From NCBI GenBank assembly GCA_031553395.1, contig JAVBLR010000001.1:294846-358845 (forward strand): a stretch of 64,000 nt of DNA, in the 5' to 3' direction. Position numbers and translations under genes: made by a program. The stretch is from Bacteroidales bacterium. GTDB lineage: Bacteria > Bacteroidota > Bacteroidia > Bacteroidales > WRGA01. Positions 9,783 to 20,749 of the stretch are shown piece after piece. Below the pieces are notes generated by a model. The model saw only the letters and a program-made list of their open reading frames with translations. It was not told where the DNA came from and searched no databases. Numbering within the stretch: position 1 is the first letter of the stretch; each line of letters opens with the position of its first letter.

Positions 9783-12700
9783 TTAATTCTTAACTTGTAC
9801 GCTTCCTCCTTCACTATGTGATACAAATTCAGGCGCATACATACACTGGATATTCGCAATTCCGGTAGAGTACTCTCCTACTCTATTTACCCAAACGGAA
9901 TATTCGAAAACGTATGTTCCTTTCGGCAAATAATCAAAATAGAAATTCGTAGAAACATCTTTATTATCTTGATAATAACCAACTTGTTCTTTCCAACGGA
10001 ATCCGGATAGTTGTTCGGTTGGCTCGAAACAAGCAGCCCGAAGGTCTTTTAAGTGGACGTATTCCAAGTCTCTGTCTGTACGCACAGTTAACCGAATAAT
10101 CGCCTTATCTCCAACTTTTAACAGATTAGTTGAAGTAACAGGCTCAATTGCTTTTCCTTTATCAGTTGTACGTTCTACAAATAGCAATTTTTCGACAGAT
10201 AAAGCGCCACCTTGCTTGGTTATCTTATTCAAGTCTTCGAAATACTGCCAGTATAAAGCTCCCCAAGCAATACCTTCTCCGGTTTTTGTGGCAGTAACTT
10301 TGCCCATTTGAGAAGTTATTTCCTGTTTATCAAAACTTTGCTTGATATATCCTGTTCCAGCTTCCTCATTATTTGTATCAATCTTTTTATTGCCTAATTG
10401 AATATTTACATCATTTGAGTTTGAAAGTAGATTTTTTCCATTCAATAACAGTGCATAAATAGCATTTACTGTCGAAGGAACCGCATCCCAAGCCTGCGTT
10501 TGCTTCTGTTTCAGCAACCAGATTTTCATTTCTTCCACATTGTCATTATTAGAATTTCCAGCTTCGCTAAATGCTTCCAAAATAGTTGTTTGAACAGCAA
10601 TTGCCGATTGATTCCAGAAATATCCCGAATTATTATTCGCCCAAAACATACCCATTTCTTCATTCGTAGTCGAATGTTCTTTCAACGATTGAATCAATTC
10701 GGATGCAACAGCCGTTTTTCCTTCACGTTTGAAAAATATCGAAGCTTGAGCTTTTCCGTATAGAGTAAGTTTATTGCGATATTTCTCAGCTTGGCCAGAA
10801 TAATATTTGTAGGCTTCCAATGCACCTTCGTAGAAAGGAATATCTTTATAGCAACTTCTTACACAGAGGTAATACATTTGCATATCATTGATATACATTT
10901 CTTTATTCAAATCTTTTGTATTCTTTTTCAAAGAAGTATAATCTTTTACAATTTCCTTATCCAGATAATTCAATGCCTTGATTTGCATTTGTTTTTCCCT
11001 TTCTCCATATTCAACAGCATTTAGTTTAATCAAACGGTACATATTCTCCAAAATATACGTCGAAACATAACGGCTTGGATACATACCTTTAAACCACATC
11101 CAACCTCCATTTTCGTTTTGTAAATCGGCTAATTTCTGTAACGCGTCTGAAGTAAGTTGTGATTGCCGGTTAATATCGAAAAGCAGAGATAATTGTTGTT
11201 TTTGTTCCGTTTCATTTTTAGCATCCAATACCCAAGGCGTTTCTTGCAACAGTACCGATTTCAGTTCTTCGTTCTTTTCCAATGAAGATAACAATGTTTC
11301 TTTCGAACTACCTTGTTTTTGCCAAACATCAACCACTTTTTTAATTTCGGGGTTTGAGCGGGCAATATATCCGGCTAATGTATTCACATAGTAAGAAGAA
11401 AACCAACTAATTGCATTGTCAGAAGCCGGATTTGCCAATGAAGGTAAAGCCTGAACAGCATACCAAGCCGGATTTCCTGTAAATTCCAATGTTAACCGGT
11501 AATTATCCAATGTAGTAGATTGATTATTAATTAATTTATCAAATGATTCGGTTTTCGTTTGATTGCTGCGAAGAGTTATTGGCATACTTTCAGTTACTAG
11601 AATTCGATTTGAAAGAACAGGTAGCAAATGTTGTTCTCCATCGCTGAATTGTTCATTTTGGGCAATAACGCGGCAACCAACGATTTGAATACTTTCGGGA
11701 ACAGTGAAAGTCCAATTGGCAGAAGTTGAACCGGCAGCATTTACGTTAAATGGCTGTTCTGCATTATCAACGGAGATTATAATTTTATCGTTTTCAGGAT
11801 TAAATAATTCTAATTTTACCTTGCCCTGCAAATTCTTATCCGACAAATTCGAAATCTTCGCAGAAATTGAAGTTTTATCCCCTTGACGCAAAAAGCGTGG
11901 CAGATTGGGAGTTACCATTAAATCCTTTTGAGTAACCGTTTCTTTAGTTATTTGTCCGAATTTCAAATCCTTTGTATGCGCCAATCCCATGAATTTCCAA
12001 GTTGTTGTACTTTCCGGAACGGTAAATGAAATTACAGTTTCTCCTTTTTCATTCGTTTTCAATTGAGGAAAGAAAAAAGCGGTTTCATTGAAATTTTGAC
12101 GGATTTGAACTTCGGGTTTTTCCTGAGAACCACCTCCGGTATCTTGAACAGTTGCCTCTCGTAATTCGACATTACTGGCAAATCCTACTAATTTTGCTTG
12201 AGGAGCTGGAGCCATGGAAGAACCTACCGTTTCAACTTGTTTAACTTCATCTAAAATAGCACCTTCTTCTGCCTTCATTGCCGTTCCTCTTATTCGTATA
12301 TTCTGGTTCCTGTTATACATTCTCATCATAACATTTATCAATGCATCAAATTTGAAATCAGGAGTTTCCACATATTTACTGTCAAAACTTAAATAAGCGT
12401 TTTGTTGCCTGAAATCGTTTCCTTCATTGAAGTTATAATAATAGTACATCAATCCTTCTCTTGGATTAAATTGCCAAGAATGCGGTTGTATTTTATCCAA
12501 AGAAGCATCGTACATTCCTGCTAATAATTCGGCAACAGCCGGATTTGCGTTATCATCTTTAACCGTTAATTTCCATTCTTCTTTTTGGCCGGGTTGCAAT
12601 TTATTTCTGAAAACTTCAAATTTGAGATTCAGATTTTTACTTTCCATTTCTTTATTTAAAGGAATTGTATTGGCAAAAACGGATTCATCTTTAATGTAGG

Positions 12701-15692
12701 TTAATGCTAATGTTACATTATCTCCATATTCAGCTTTATAAGGAATCAACAATTTTTTATTTTCTTTATTTAAGGAGATTCTTTTACGTTCTACTATCTG
12801 ATTCTTTTTAAAAATCTCATATAATACATATACATCTTTGGCGGAAGTACCTAAAATGACTTCGGCATTTTCTCCAACTTTGCAAGTTATTTTTTCTTTC
12901 AGTAACCAATTGTAAGTAAGAATCGGAGATTTTTTATCATTTGGGGAATACAATACAAAATCCCGTTCTTCGGTAATTTCCTTTCCTTTATTATCCAACG
13001 CTTTGGCTATAATCTGGTATCTTCCCGAAGATAAATTTTTCCAGGAATCAGTAGGAATACTATCCGGAGTCGAGAATTTTCCCGATAAAACTTCTTTGTT
13101 GATTTTATATTCGAGAGTACCTCTTCCAGTATACACATCAATCTCAGGTTGAGTCTTAGTTTTCTCCAATGAAGTTTCATCTATCAAACTATATAAGGTA
13201 TAATTGCCTTGAATTTGCAACGGAGCATTATTTAAATTTTGAGCAGTTAATTTAAGGTGTTCTGATTTTGTTTTATCAATGTTTTCGGCAAAAGCAAATG
13301 TCATATACATCGATTTATCTCCAACAGAAACATATTGGGAACCTTCTTGTGTTTCTCCATTCAGGTCAGTGATACTTGCTAAGATTTCGTATGTATAATA
13401 GGTATCATTATTCAAATCCGATTTATCTTTATCAGTTTTGAATGAAACGGTAAAACTTCCATCATCATTAATAAATGTAACTCCCTGAGTGATTTGCTTT
13501 TCATTCCAGTTTGGCAACCAACGATACAGAAAATGCGGACGGCGAACAACGCGGTAATTCAATTGTACGCTTTGCAGAGGAACTCCTGAAAAACTTTGGG
13601 CATTTCCTTTTACCGAAATAGCATCCCCAAAGCTGTATGTTCCCTCAATCGGTTGAAAATCAATTTTAAAAGTAGGACGTTTATATTCAGAAACAGTAAT
13701 ATAAGCTGTTGCATCTGTGGTCGTAATACTAAAACTGCCCGAACGAACTTGCTGTGGAATTACAAATTCTCCGGAAATAGAACCAAATTCATTTGTAGTG
13801 AAAGACTTTGTTGCAATATCCTGCCAATTTGCATCTTTAAAAGTTACTTCATATTTTTTATTCGGAATTGCAGTTGATACATTTTCCCCAGATTTCCATG
13901 CAATTGCTTTAAAAAATACTGTTTGCCCCGGACGATAAATACTACGGTCTGTAAGAATAGATACTCTTTCGGTTGGTTCGTTGTTTTCATCGTATCCCCT
14001 TCCCCACGGCATATTGGAAATAAATCCCGATTTATTCTTTTCTGAAATCACACTATATCCCTGATATCCTTTATCGCCTGAATAATAAGCAATTCCATCT
14101 TTATCCGTTGTAATTACCTTCTTGACAATTGGATTTTTGTCGTAAATATTTTCGTAGAGTTGAACGGTGGCATTCTCAATAGGTTTACCCGAAATCCTAT
14201 CCGTTACTAAAAAATCGACATTATTATTTCCTTTATTCCGGACAATGGCCGCTAATTCAGTAACAGCAAAACTATTCGAAACCATTTTTTTATTATTTGA
14301 TAGTACATATTCATATAATCCCGTTTCCTTTACCGGAATTTTTACCAATGTATCTCTTTTTTCAAATGACAACGTTGTTGGTAATTCAACTTTTACGGTT
14401 TGGATTAATGTTCCGTTTGTTTTGTAGCGAGCGCTTTCTCCCCAATCTTTAGCAACAGGATTGGTTGTATTAATTTTATAGATTTGTATAGTTAAATCAT
14501 TTACATTCTGATAGTTAATTTTTAATTCAAGTTCTTTCCCCGGGTAGATGCAATTATTACTTGATGTTTGAATGTATGGTTCGGTTATTTGTTTTTGCAG
14601 ATTTTTTAAAAGGCCAATTCTTTTATAAGTAGGATATTTATTTATTCCTTCCGCACAAATATCATATACTTTTTGATTTTTATTTATATCGGCTTTTTTC
14701 TCTTCCGCATTAGTTTTGTAAATAACAGGTGGTTGTTCATTTATGTAAAACATTGCTTTTTTATATAATATTTCTACAGAAATATCTTTTCCCTGCCATT
14801 CTTTTTCCAACTTATTCAGAGCAGATAAGTACAACTCATTTTTTTCGTCTGTTTCCGAATCCGAATAAGCAAAGTCTAGTCGGTCTAAATCAGCCATTAA
14901 CAAAGCTTCTTTATTGGAATTGGAATAACGGAATGCTAATAATCGTTGATAAATATTGATGATATTTATAGTTGCATCATCCTTTTCCATATTAATTGGA
15001 GTCTTTATAAATTCGGCAACAGGAAGAAAAAATGTTGTATTGTCCGATTTCTTTTGATAATCATAAAAACGATTTAGAATATCTATTCCTCTATATGACA
15101 AAAAATCATACAATGTTGGACGGAAACTGCGGGAATCTTTTCCGGTTTCTAAAATAGGTTCGTAATTTAAGGCGTTTGTAGTTTGAAGTATTTGTGCATC
15201 TTGCATGGATGACCAAACATAAAAGATTACTTTTTGTTGAAAGTTACCTTTTGTCCATTCCCGGATATCATTCGGAACATAACCAGTAACTTCTGTTCGT
15301 TGCCGTATTTTATATTGTTGGGAAGAATAGTAATTAGAATACATTTCTGCTAGAATAGAATATAACACCGATTTTTCTACTTTATCCGTAGAAGATTTCA
15401 AGTAACTTTCTGTTTCCAGAATGGATTCAATAGCTGAGTCTGAATTAATTTGGGCTTCAAGGCTCGATTTGTAAAGTAATGATTTAATTACTTGCGGACT
15501 ATTTTTCTCTTTCAACGCTTGGTCATAAATCTTTTTGACTTCGTCTAATGCCGATTGAGGGAAAGATTTTTTATTTAAGCTGTCTATTTTATGCCACATA
15601 TTAGTATAATACATAACTGTACTGTTTTTTTGTGCAAACAAAACTCCTGTTGCAAGAAAAAATATGGAAATCAATAAATGCTTGGTTTTCAT
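9783..15692 (-). CDS. Alpha-2-macroglobulin family protein (very large, secreted)
   Basis: 1969 aa; signal peptide; MG-domain-like repeats; TED-like region with ENGGWMWFKGMYPSRYVSTYILENM. No CxEQ thioester motif found: the expected position reads NPASDNAI. Confidence 0.75.
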   Translation of the reverse strand: MKTKHLLISIFFLATGVLFAQKNSTVMYYTNMWHKIDSLNKKSFPQSALDEVKKIYDQALKEKNSPQVIKSLLYKSSLEAQINSDSAIESILETESYLKSSTDKVEKSVLYSILAEMYSNYYSSQQYKIRQRTEVTGYVPNDIREWTKGNFQQKVIFYVWSSMQDAQILQTTNALNYEPILETGKDSRSFRPTLYDFLSYRGIDILNRFYDYQKKSDNTTFFLPVAEFIKTPINMEKDDATINIINIYQRLLAFRYSNSNKEALLMADLDRLDFAYSDSETDEKNELYLSALNKLEKEWQGKDISVEILYKKAMFYINEQPPVIYKTNAEEKKADINKNQKVYDICAEGINKYPTYKRIGLLKNLQKQITEPYIQTSSNNCIYPGKELELKINYQNVNDLTIQIYKINTTNPVAKDWGESARYKTNGTLIQTVKVELPTTLSFEKRDTLVKIPVKETGLYEYVLSNNKKMVSNSFAVTELAAIVRNKGNNNVDFLVTDRISGKPIENATVQLYENIYDKNPIVKKVITTDKDGIAYYSGDKGYQGYSVISEKNKSGFISNMPWGRGYDENNEPTERVSILTDRSIYRPGQTVFFKAIAWKSGENVSTAIPNKKYEVTFKDANWQDIATKSFTTNEFGSISGEFVIPQQVRSGSFSITTTDATAYITVSEYKRPTFKIDFQPIEGTYSFGDAISVKGNAQSFSGVPLQSVQLNYRVVRRPHFLYRWLPNWNEKQITQGVTFINDDGSFTVSFKTDKDKSDLNNDTYYTYEILASITDLNGETQEGSQYVSVGDKSMYMTFAFAENIDKTKSEHLKLTAQNLNNAPLQIQGNYTLYSLIDETSLEKTKTQPEIDVYTGRGTLEYKINKEVLSGKFSTPDSIPTDSWKNLSSGRYQIIAKALDNKGKEITEERDFVLYSPNDKKSPILTYNWLLKEKITCKVGENAEVILGTSAKDVYVLYEIFKKNQIVERKRISLNKENKKLLIPYKAEYGDNVTLALTYIKDESVFANTIPLNKEMESKNLNLKFEVFRNKLQPGQKEEWKLTVKDDNANPAVAELLAGMYDASLDKIQPHSWQFNPREGLMYYYYNFNEGNDFRQQNAYLSFDSKYVETPDFKFDALINVMMRMYNRNQNIRIRGTAMKAEEGAILDEVKQVETVGSSMAPAPQAKLVGFASNVELREATVQDTGGGSQEKPEVQIRQNFNETAFFFPQLKTNEKGETVISFTVPESTTTWKFMGLAHTKDLKFGQITKETVTQKDLMVTPNLPRFLRQGDKTSISAKISNLSDKNLQGKVKLELFNPENDKIIISVDNAEQPFNVNAAGSTSANWTFTVPESIQIVGCRVIAQNEQFSDGEQHLLPVLSNRILVTESMPITLRSNQTKTESFDKLINNQSTTLDNYRLTLEFTGNPAWYAVQALPSLANPASDNAISWFSSYYVNTLAGYIARSNPEIKKVVDVWQKQGSSKETLLSSLEKNEELKSVLLQETPWVLDAKNETEQKQQLSLLFDINRQSQLTSDALQKLADLQNENGGWMWFKGMYPSRYVSTYILENMYRLIKLNAVEYGEREKQMQIKALNYLDKEIVKDYTSLKKNTKDLNKEMYINDMQMYYLCVRSCYKDIPFYEGALEAYKYYSGQAEKYRNKLTLYGKAQASIFFKREGKTAVASELIQSLKEHSTTNEEMGMFWANNNSGYFWNQSAIAVQTTILEAFSEAGNSNNDNVEEMKIWLLKQKQTQAWDAVPSTVNAIYALLLNGKNLLSNSNDVNIQLGNKKIDTNNEEAGTGYIKQSFDKQEITSQMGKVTATKTGEGIAWGALYWQYFEDLNKITKQGGALSVEKLLFVERTTDKGKAIEPVTSTNLLKVGDKAIIRLTVRTDRDLEYVHLKDLRAACFEPTEQLSGFRWKEQVGYYQDNKDVSTNFYFDYLPKGTYVFEYSVWVNRVGEYSTGIANIQCMYAPEFVSHSEGGSVQVKN

Positions 15693-16135
15693 ATATGAAT
15701 ATATTTAAGAATGAATTTTTGAACAATAGATTACAAATTTAAAACCTGAGAGATAAGACGAAATACGCATTAATACAAGATTATCACATTTCAAAAGTAC
15801 AAAACAATATTGATAAATCCTTGTAAATAAAAACGGTTTTTAGGACAGTTTGTTTCAATCAGGTACTCAAAAGATAGAAAAGCTGTTTTTTGATTTTAAA
15901 AAAGAATGAATACTTTTGAAGAAAAATGGCGTATTGTGCAATTCATTTCATTTTGGAATATACTGCTAATGATGGAAAAACATATCAGTAATATTTTTAA
16001 GGTAGTTGATGAGAAAAGTAATGTGCAAAAAATGCACATTATTGATTTTATATAACTTAGTTATTGTGTTAATTTGTCCGAACGCTACTCAATTTCGTAT
16101 TTGGGCAAATAACATTCAAAAAAGAATATTAAACT

Positions 16136-16510
16136 ATGAAAATAAAAGATTTGAATATTGACAATGGACAAATTATTTTATATCAAAGTGCTACTGGGAA
16201 TGTTGATGTAAGATTGGAAGGAGAAACTGTATGGTTGTCTTTAAGTCAAATGACAACATTGTTTGATAGAGATAAGTCAGTAATATCAAGGCATATAAAA
16301 AATATATTTATAGAAGGAGAATTACTGGAAAAAGCAGTTGTTGCAAAAAATGCAACAACTGCCAATGATGGTAAAACATACATTGTTGATTATTATAATT
16401 TAGATGTCATTATCTCTGTTGGCTATCGCGTAAAATCTCAACGTAGTACTCAATTCCGTATTTGGGCAAATAAAGTCCTAAAAGAGTATCTTATTAAAGG
16501 TTGTAGTTAA
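16136..16510 (+). pseudogene. rhuM: Truncated rhuM-family (virulence protein RhuM) N-terminal fragment
   Basis: 124 aa ending VGYRVKSQRSTQFRIWANKVLKEYLIKG then stop. The RhuM family is ~260-340 aa; only the N-terminal third is present. Confidence 0.6.
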
Positions 16511-16542
16511 TTTAATAAATAAAAATAATTAAAATATTCTTC

Positions 16543-17229
16543 ATGAAAAAGAAGGCTAAGTATCTATATTCTTGCATATTATTACTTATTGTAGCATGCA
16601 ATACTAATTCACAAACTCCGGCTGATTACGAGAGTTTAAAGAAAAGAATTGAAAATCAACGCAATTATTATTCAGAAAAGTACAGTAATTCATCCATTGA
16701 GAATCGTCCAGTTATTGTGAAAAAAGCACAGAATTACTTGATAGAAGTGATTACAGACTCTATATTTTACCAATGGTATGGCACACCTTGGGATTTTAAC
16801 GGGACAACGCAAATTCCCAAACAAGGTAAAATTGCATGTGGTTATTTTGTTACCACAGTTTTGCGCGATGCAGGATTTAAAATTCCAAGAGTTCAATGGG
16901 CGCAATTGGCATCAGAAGCTATGATATTGAAAATGACAACAGATGTTAAACGATTCAGAAGCCGTCCATTAAACGAATTAACCAATTATTTGAATCAACA
17001 GGGAGATGGATTGTATGTGGTAGGATTGGATTGTCATGTTGGATTTATCTGTAAATCAGGAAAAAACTTTCAATTTATACATGCCAATTATTATAAACCA
17101 AAAACCGGAGTTATGTCTGAACCACTCGAAGGATGGAATCCGTTGAATGATTCAAAATACAGGGTTGTAGGAAAAATTATTGGAGACGAAATGGTGAAAA
17201 ATTGGATAAATGGAGTTGTTTATAAGTAG
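16543..17229 (+). CDS. Lipoprotein with Cys/His pair suggestive of NlpC/P60-like (DUF1287-like) fold
   Basis: 228 aa; lipobox LLLIVACNTNSQ. GKIACGYFVTTVLRDAGF and later DCHVGFI give a Cys...His arrangement. Confidence 0.35.
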   Translation: MKKKAKYLYSCILLLIVACNTNSQTPADYESLKKRIENQRNYYSEKYSNSSIENRPVIVKKAQNYLIEVITDSIFYQWYGTPWDFNGTTQIPKQGKIACGYFVTTVLRDAGFKIPRVQWAQLASEAMILKMTTDVKRFRSRPLNELTNYLNQQGDGLYVVGLDCHVGFICKSGKNFQFIHANYYKPKTGVMSEPLEGWNPLNDSKYRVVGKIIGDEMVKNWINGVVYK

Positions 17230-17442
17230 TGTTGCAGTTAGGTGTCTAAAAAACTTTTATTTTACTCCAAAAAATTTAACATTCTCAAACTAAAAATCCT
17301 TTTTTATTATCTCGCATTTTTTCTTACTTTTGCTTTTCGTTTTAAATGGTTATATAGAATGTTAAAATTCTAATTTATAGATTTTTATCAAAATTTCTAA
17401 ATAATCCAATAGCTAACAAATAACCAATAATATCAAAATAAA

Positions 17443-18567
17443 ATGAAGTTTGTTGTATCAAGTACCGCACTTTTAAGCCATTTGCAGGCTATCAGCAAAG
17501 TAATCAACTCGAAAAATACAATTCCTATTTTAGACAGTTTTTTGTTTGAATTGGACGGCGAAACATTGAAAATGACAGCCTCTGATGGAGAAACAACTTT
17601 GATTACTTCGATGGAAGTAAGCGAAGTTACAGGCAAAGGAAAATTTGCAGTTTCGGCAAAATTGCTGTTAGACCCGTTGAAAGAGTTTCCCGAGCAGCCA
17701 TTGAATTTTGATATTAATGATGATAACATCGAAATATTTATCTATTTCCAAAACGGAAAATGCAACTTTATTGGACAAAAAGGTGAAGAGTACCCGCAAA
17801 TGCCTGAATTGAGAGATGAAGCTACAAGTCTTTCCATGAGTGTGGATAATTTATTATCGGGAATCAATCTGACATTATTTGCTACCGCCGACGATGAATT
17901 ACGTCCGGTAATGAATGGTGTTTATGTTGACATTACTGTTGATTATGTAACTTTTGTTGCAACAAATGGACATAAATTAGTGCGTTTCAAAGAATTGGAT
18001 TTAAAAGGAAATGATGTTTCTTCATTTATTTTCCCTAAAAAACCAGCAACCTTATTACGTAATATTTTACCGAAAGAAGCAGGTGAGGTTAAAATCGCTT
18101 TTGATGAAAAAAATGCGATGGTTACAGCAGCCAATTATAAAATGGTATGTCGTTTGGTTGAAGGAAAATTCCCGAATTACAATTCGGTAATCCCAACCGA
18201 GAATCCGCACAAAATTACTATCGACCGGTTGAGCTTTATGACTGCATTGAAGCGTGTTTCGGTATTTGCGAATCAAGGAACATGTTTGGTTAAATTGCAA
18301 ATTGTTGAGAATAATATCGTTTTAACCGCACAAGATATTGATTTTTCAACATCGGCAGAGGAAACCGTTCCATGTCAATATGCAGGCGAAGGGCTTACAA
18401 TCGGATTTAAAGCAGACTTCTTCATCGATTTATTGTATAATCTTCCTGCTTCCGATATTGTAATTGAGTTATCCGATCCATCACGTGCCGGAATCATTTA
18501 TCCGTTGGAAAACGAAGAAAATGAAGATTTGCTGATGTTGTTGATGCCAATGATGTTAAGTGAATAA
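17443..18567 (+). CDS. dnaN: DNA polymerase III beta subunit (sliding clamp)
   Basis: 374 aa; MKFVVSSTALLSHLQAISKVIN... matches the DnaN N-terminus, and the three-domain length fits. Confidence 0.9.
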   Translation: MKFVVSSTALLSHLQAISKVINSKNTIPILDSFLFELDGETLKMTASDGETTLITSMEVSEVTGKGKFAVSAKLLLDPLKEFPEQPLNFDINDDNIEIFIYFQNGKCNFIGQKGEEYPQMPELRDEATSLSMSVDNLLSGINLTLFATADDELRPVMNGVYVDITVDYVTFVATNGHKLVRFKELDLKGNDVSSFIFPKKPATLLRNILPKEAGEVKIAFDEKNAMVTAANYKMVCRLVEGKFPNYNSVIPTENPHKITIDRLSFMTALKRVSVFANQGTCLVKLQIVENNIVLTAQDIDFSTSAEETVPCQYAGEGLTIGFKADFFIDLLYNLPASDIVIELSDPSRAGIIYPLENEENEDLLMLLMPMMLSE

Positions 18568-18747
18568 AATTTAGTTACAAAGTTACAAGGTGGAGCAAAT
18601 AAATCATAATTTGTAATTTAAAATATTTTGAAATATTTTGAGATAATTCATAATGCCGGGTTTTCCACCAAATCCGGCATTGTAATTATTAAAAGGGGTT
18701 ATAAATTACTTTGTCGTGTAATTCGTAACCCATAACCCATAACCAAC

Positions 18748-19518
18748 ATGGAATTAAACCTCAAAAATCCACTGATATTTTTCGATTTAGAAACTACCGG
18801 AATCAATATTGCCAAAGACCGGATAGTTGAACTTTCTTATTTAAAAGTATATCCCAATGGGAAAGAAGAAAGTAAAACGTTTCGCATTAATCCTGAAATG
18901 CCTATTCCGGCTGTTTCTACAGCTATTCATGGAATTTCGGATGCAGATGTTGCCGATTGTCCTACATTTAAAGAAATAGCCAAAAATTTGGCAAAAGATA
19001 TGGAAGGATGCGATTTAGCAGGGTATAATTCCAATCGTTTTGATATTCCTTTGTTGGCAGAAGAATTTTTGCGTGCAGATGTTGATTTGGATTTTCGTAA
19101 GCGGAAATTTATTGATGTACAGACTATTTTCCATAAAATGGAACAACGTACACTTGCTGCTGCTTACAAATTTTATTGCGATAAAGAGTTGGATAATGCA
19201 CACACTGCTGAAGCCGATACAAAAGCAACTTATGAAGTATTGAAATCGCAACTTGACCGATATCCTGATTTGAAGAACGATACAGTCTATTTATCTGATT
19301 TTTCATCTTTTACCAAAAATGTGGACTTTGCCGGACGAATTATTTTAAATGAAAAAGACCAGGAAGTTTTTAATTTCGGTAAATATAGAAATCGTTTGGT
19401 AACTGATGTTTTCAAAGAAGATATCGGATATTATGGTTGGATAATGCAAGGTGATTTTACGTTAGATACTAAAAAAGTATTGACAAACATTAAGTTGAGG
19501 GATTTTAATAAGAAATAA
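18748..19518 (+). CDS. 3'-5' exonuclease, DnaQ-like (DEDDh)
   Basis: 256 aa; Exo I FFDLETTG, Exo II, and H..EADT Exo III motif. Confidence 0.8.
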   Translation: MELNLKNPLIFFDLETTGINIAKDRIVELSYLKVYPNGKEESKTFRINPEMPIPAVSTAIHGISDADVADCPTFKEIAKNLAKDMEGCDLAGYNSNRFDIPLLAEEFLRADVDLDFRKRKFIDVQTIFHKMEQRTLAAAYKFYCDKELDNAHTAEADTKATYEVLKSQLDRYPDLKNDTVYLSDFSSFTKNVDFAGRIILNEKDQEVFNFGKYRNRLVTDVFKEDIGYYGWIMQGDFTLDTKKVLTNIKLRDFNKK

Positions 19519-19531
19519 ATTCTCGAATTAT

Positions 19532-20749
19532 ATGCTTTTAGGAAAGAAAATAATTGTAGGAATAACAGGTAGTATTGCGGCTTATAAAGCTGCTTACCTT
19601 GTAAGAGCGTTAATCAAACAAGGCGCCGAAGTACAAGTTTTGATAACAGCCACAGGAAAAGAGTTTATCACACCTGTAACACTTTCTGCATTAAGCGGAA
19701 AACCTGTTTTAAGCGAATTTTTCCGGGATGAAAGCGGAATGTGGAATAGCCATGTTGATTTGGGACTTTGGGGTGATGCGATGGTTATTGCACCTGCATC
19801 GGCCAATACAATTGCTAAAATGGCGAACGGTATTTGTGATAATTATCTACTGACAGCTTATTTATCCTGTCGTTGTCCGGTTTTTGTGGCTCCGGCAATG
19901 GATTTCGATATGTTTTTGCATCCTGCGACCCAACGGAATATTGCGACTTTGCGTTCATTTGGCAATCATATTATCGAACCGGCCGAAGGAGAATTGGCTA
20001 GCGGATTGCAAGGAAAAGGCCGCATGGAGGAACCCGATAAGATTGTTGAAGTTTTAAACGATTTCTTTGCACAACAAGAAGATTTATCAAAAAAAAAAAT
20101 TCTGATAACGGCAGGGCCTACGTATGAAAAAATAGATCCGGTACGTTTTATTGGCAATTATTCTTCCGGAAAAATGGGATATGCGTTGGCTGAAGAATGT
20201 GCAAAACGTGGAGCAGAAGTAATATTAATATCTGGTCCGGTAAATATAAAAGCCATTCATCCGAATATCAAAACGGTTTTGGTTGAAAGTGCTGAAAATA
20301 TGTACGAAGAATCTATAAAAGAGTTTATAAATACAGACGTCGCTATTTTGTGTGCGGCAGTTGCAGATTTTACTCCCGAAAAAACAGCATCAACTAAAAT
20401 CAAACGTGAAAAAGAAGGTGAACTAACAATTAGATTAACATCAACCCAAGATATAGCTGCAAGTTTAGGAAAAATAAAAAAAGAAAATCAGCTTTTAATC
20501 GGTTTTGCCCTCGAAACAGATAATGAAGAAACCAATGCGCAGTCAAAATTATTGCGAAAGAATCTTGATTTTATTATTTTAAACTCTCTTCGCAATGAAG
20601 GTGCCGGGTTTCAAACAGATACCAATCAAATTACAATTATTGACAAATTGGGAAAGAAAACAGACTATCCTTTAAAGTCAAAACAGGAAGTAGCAAAGGA
20701 TATTGTGGATTATGCAATTGGAATAAAAAAGGAATTAATTTCTCTTTAA
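19532..20749 (+). CDS. coaBC: Bifunctional phosphopantothenoylcysteine decarboxylase / phosphopantothenate-cysteine ligase
   Basis: 405 aa; flavoprotein N-domain (IIVGITGSIAAYKA) plus DFP/CoaB C-domain. Confidence 0.9.
   Translation: MLLGKKIIVGITGSIAAYKAAYLVRALIKQGAEVQVLITATGKEFITPVTLSALSGKPVLSEFFRDESGMWNSHVDLGLWGDAMVIAPASANTIAKMANGICDNYLLTAYLSCRCPVFVAPAMDFDMFLHPATQRNIATLRSFGNHIIEPAEGELASGLQGKGRMEEPDKIVEVLNDFFAQQEDLSKKKILITAGPTYEKIDPVRFIGNYSSGKMGYALAEECAKRGAEVILISGPVNIKAIHPNIKTVLVESAENMYEESIKEFINTDVAILCAAVADFTPEKTASTKIKREKEGELTIRLTSTQDIAASLGKIKKENQLLIGFALETDNEETNAQSKLLRKNLDFIILNSLRNEGAGFQTDTNQITIIDKLGKKTDYPLKSKQEVAKDIVDYAIGIKKELISL

Noticed and set aside
10500-14959. Several 60-93-aa + strand ORFs inside the A2M gene
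   Set aside because: They are antisense to a continuous 1969-aa reading frame with recognisable A2M features.
18652-18681. Hairpin AATGCCGG-(13 nt)-CCGGCATT after dnaN as a terminator
   Set aside because: There is no downstream U-tract on either strand. It could be a weak structure or a protein site, and is not reported as a feature.
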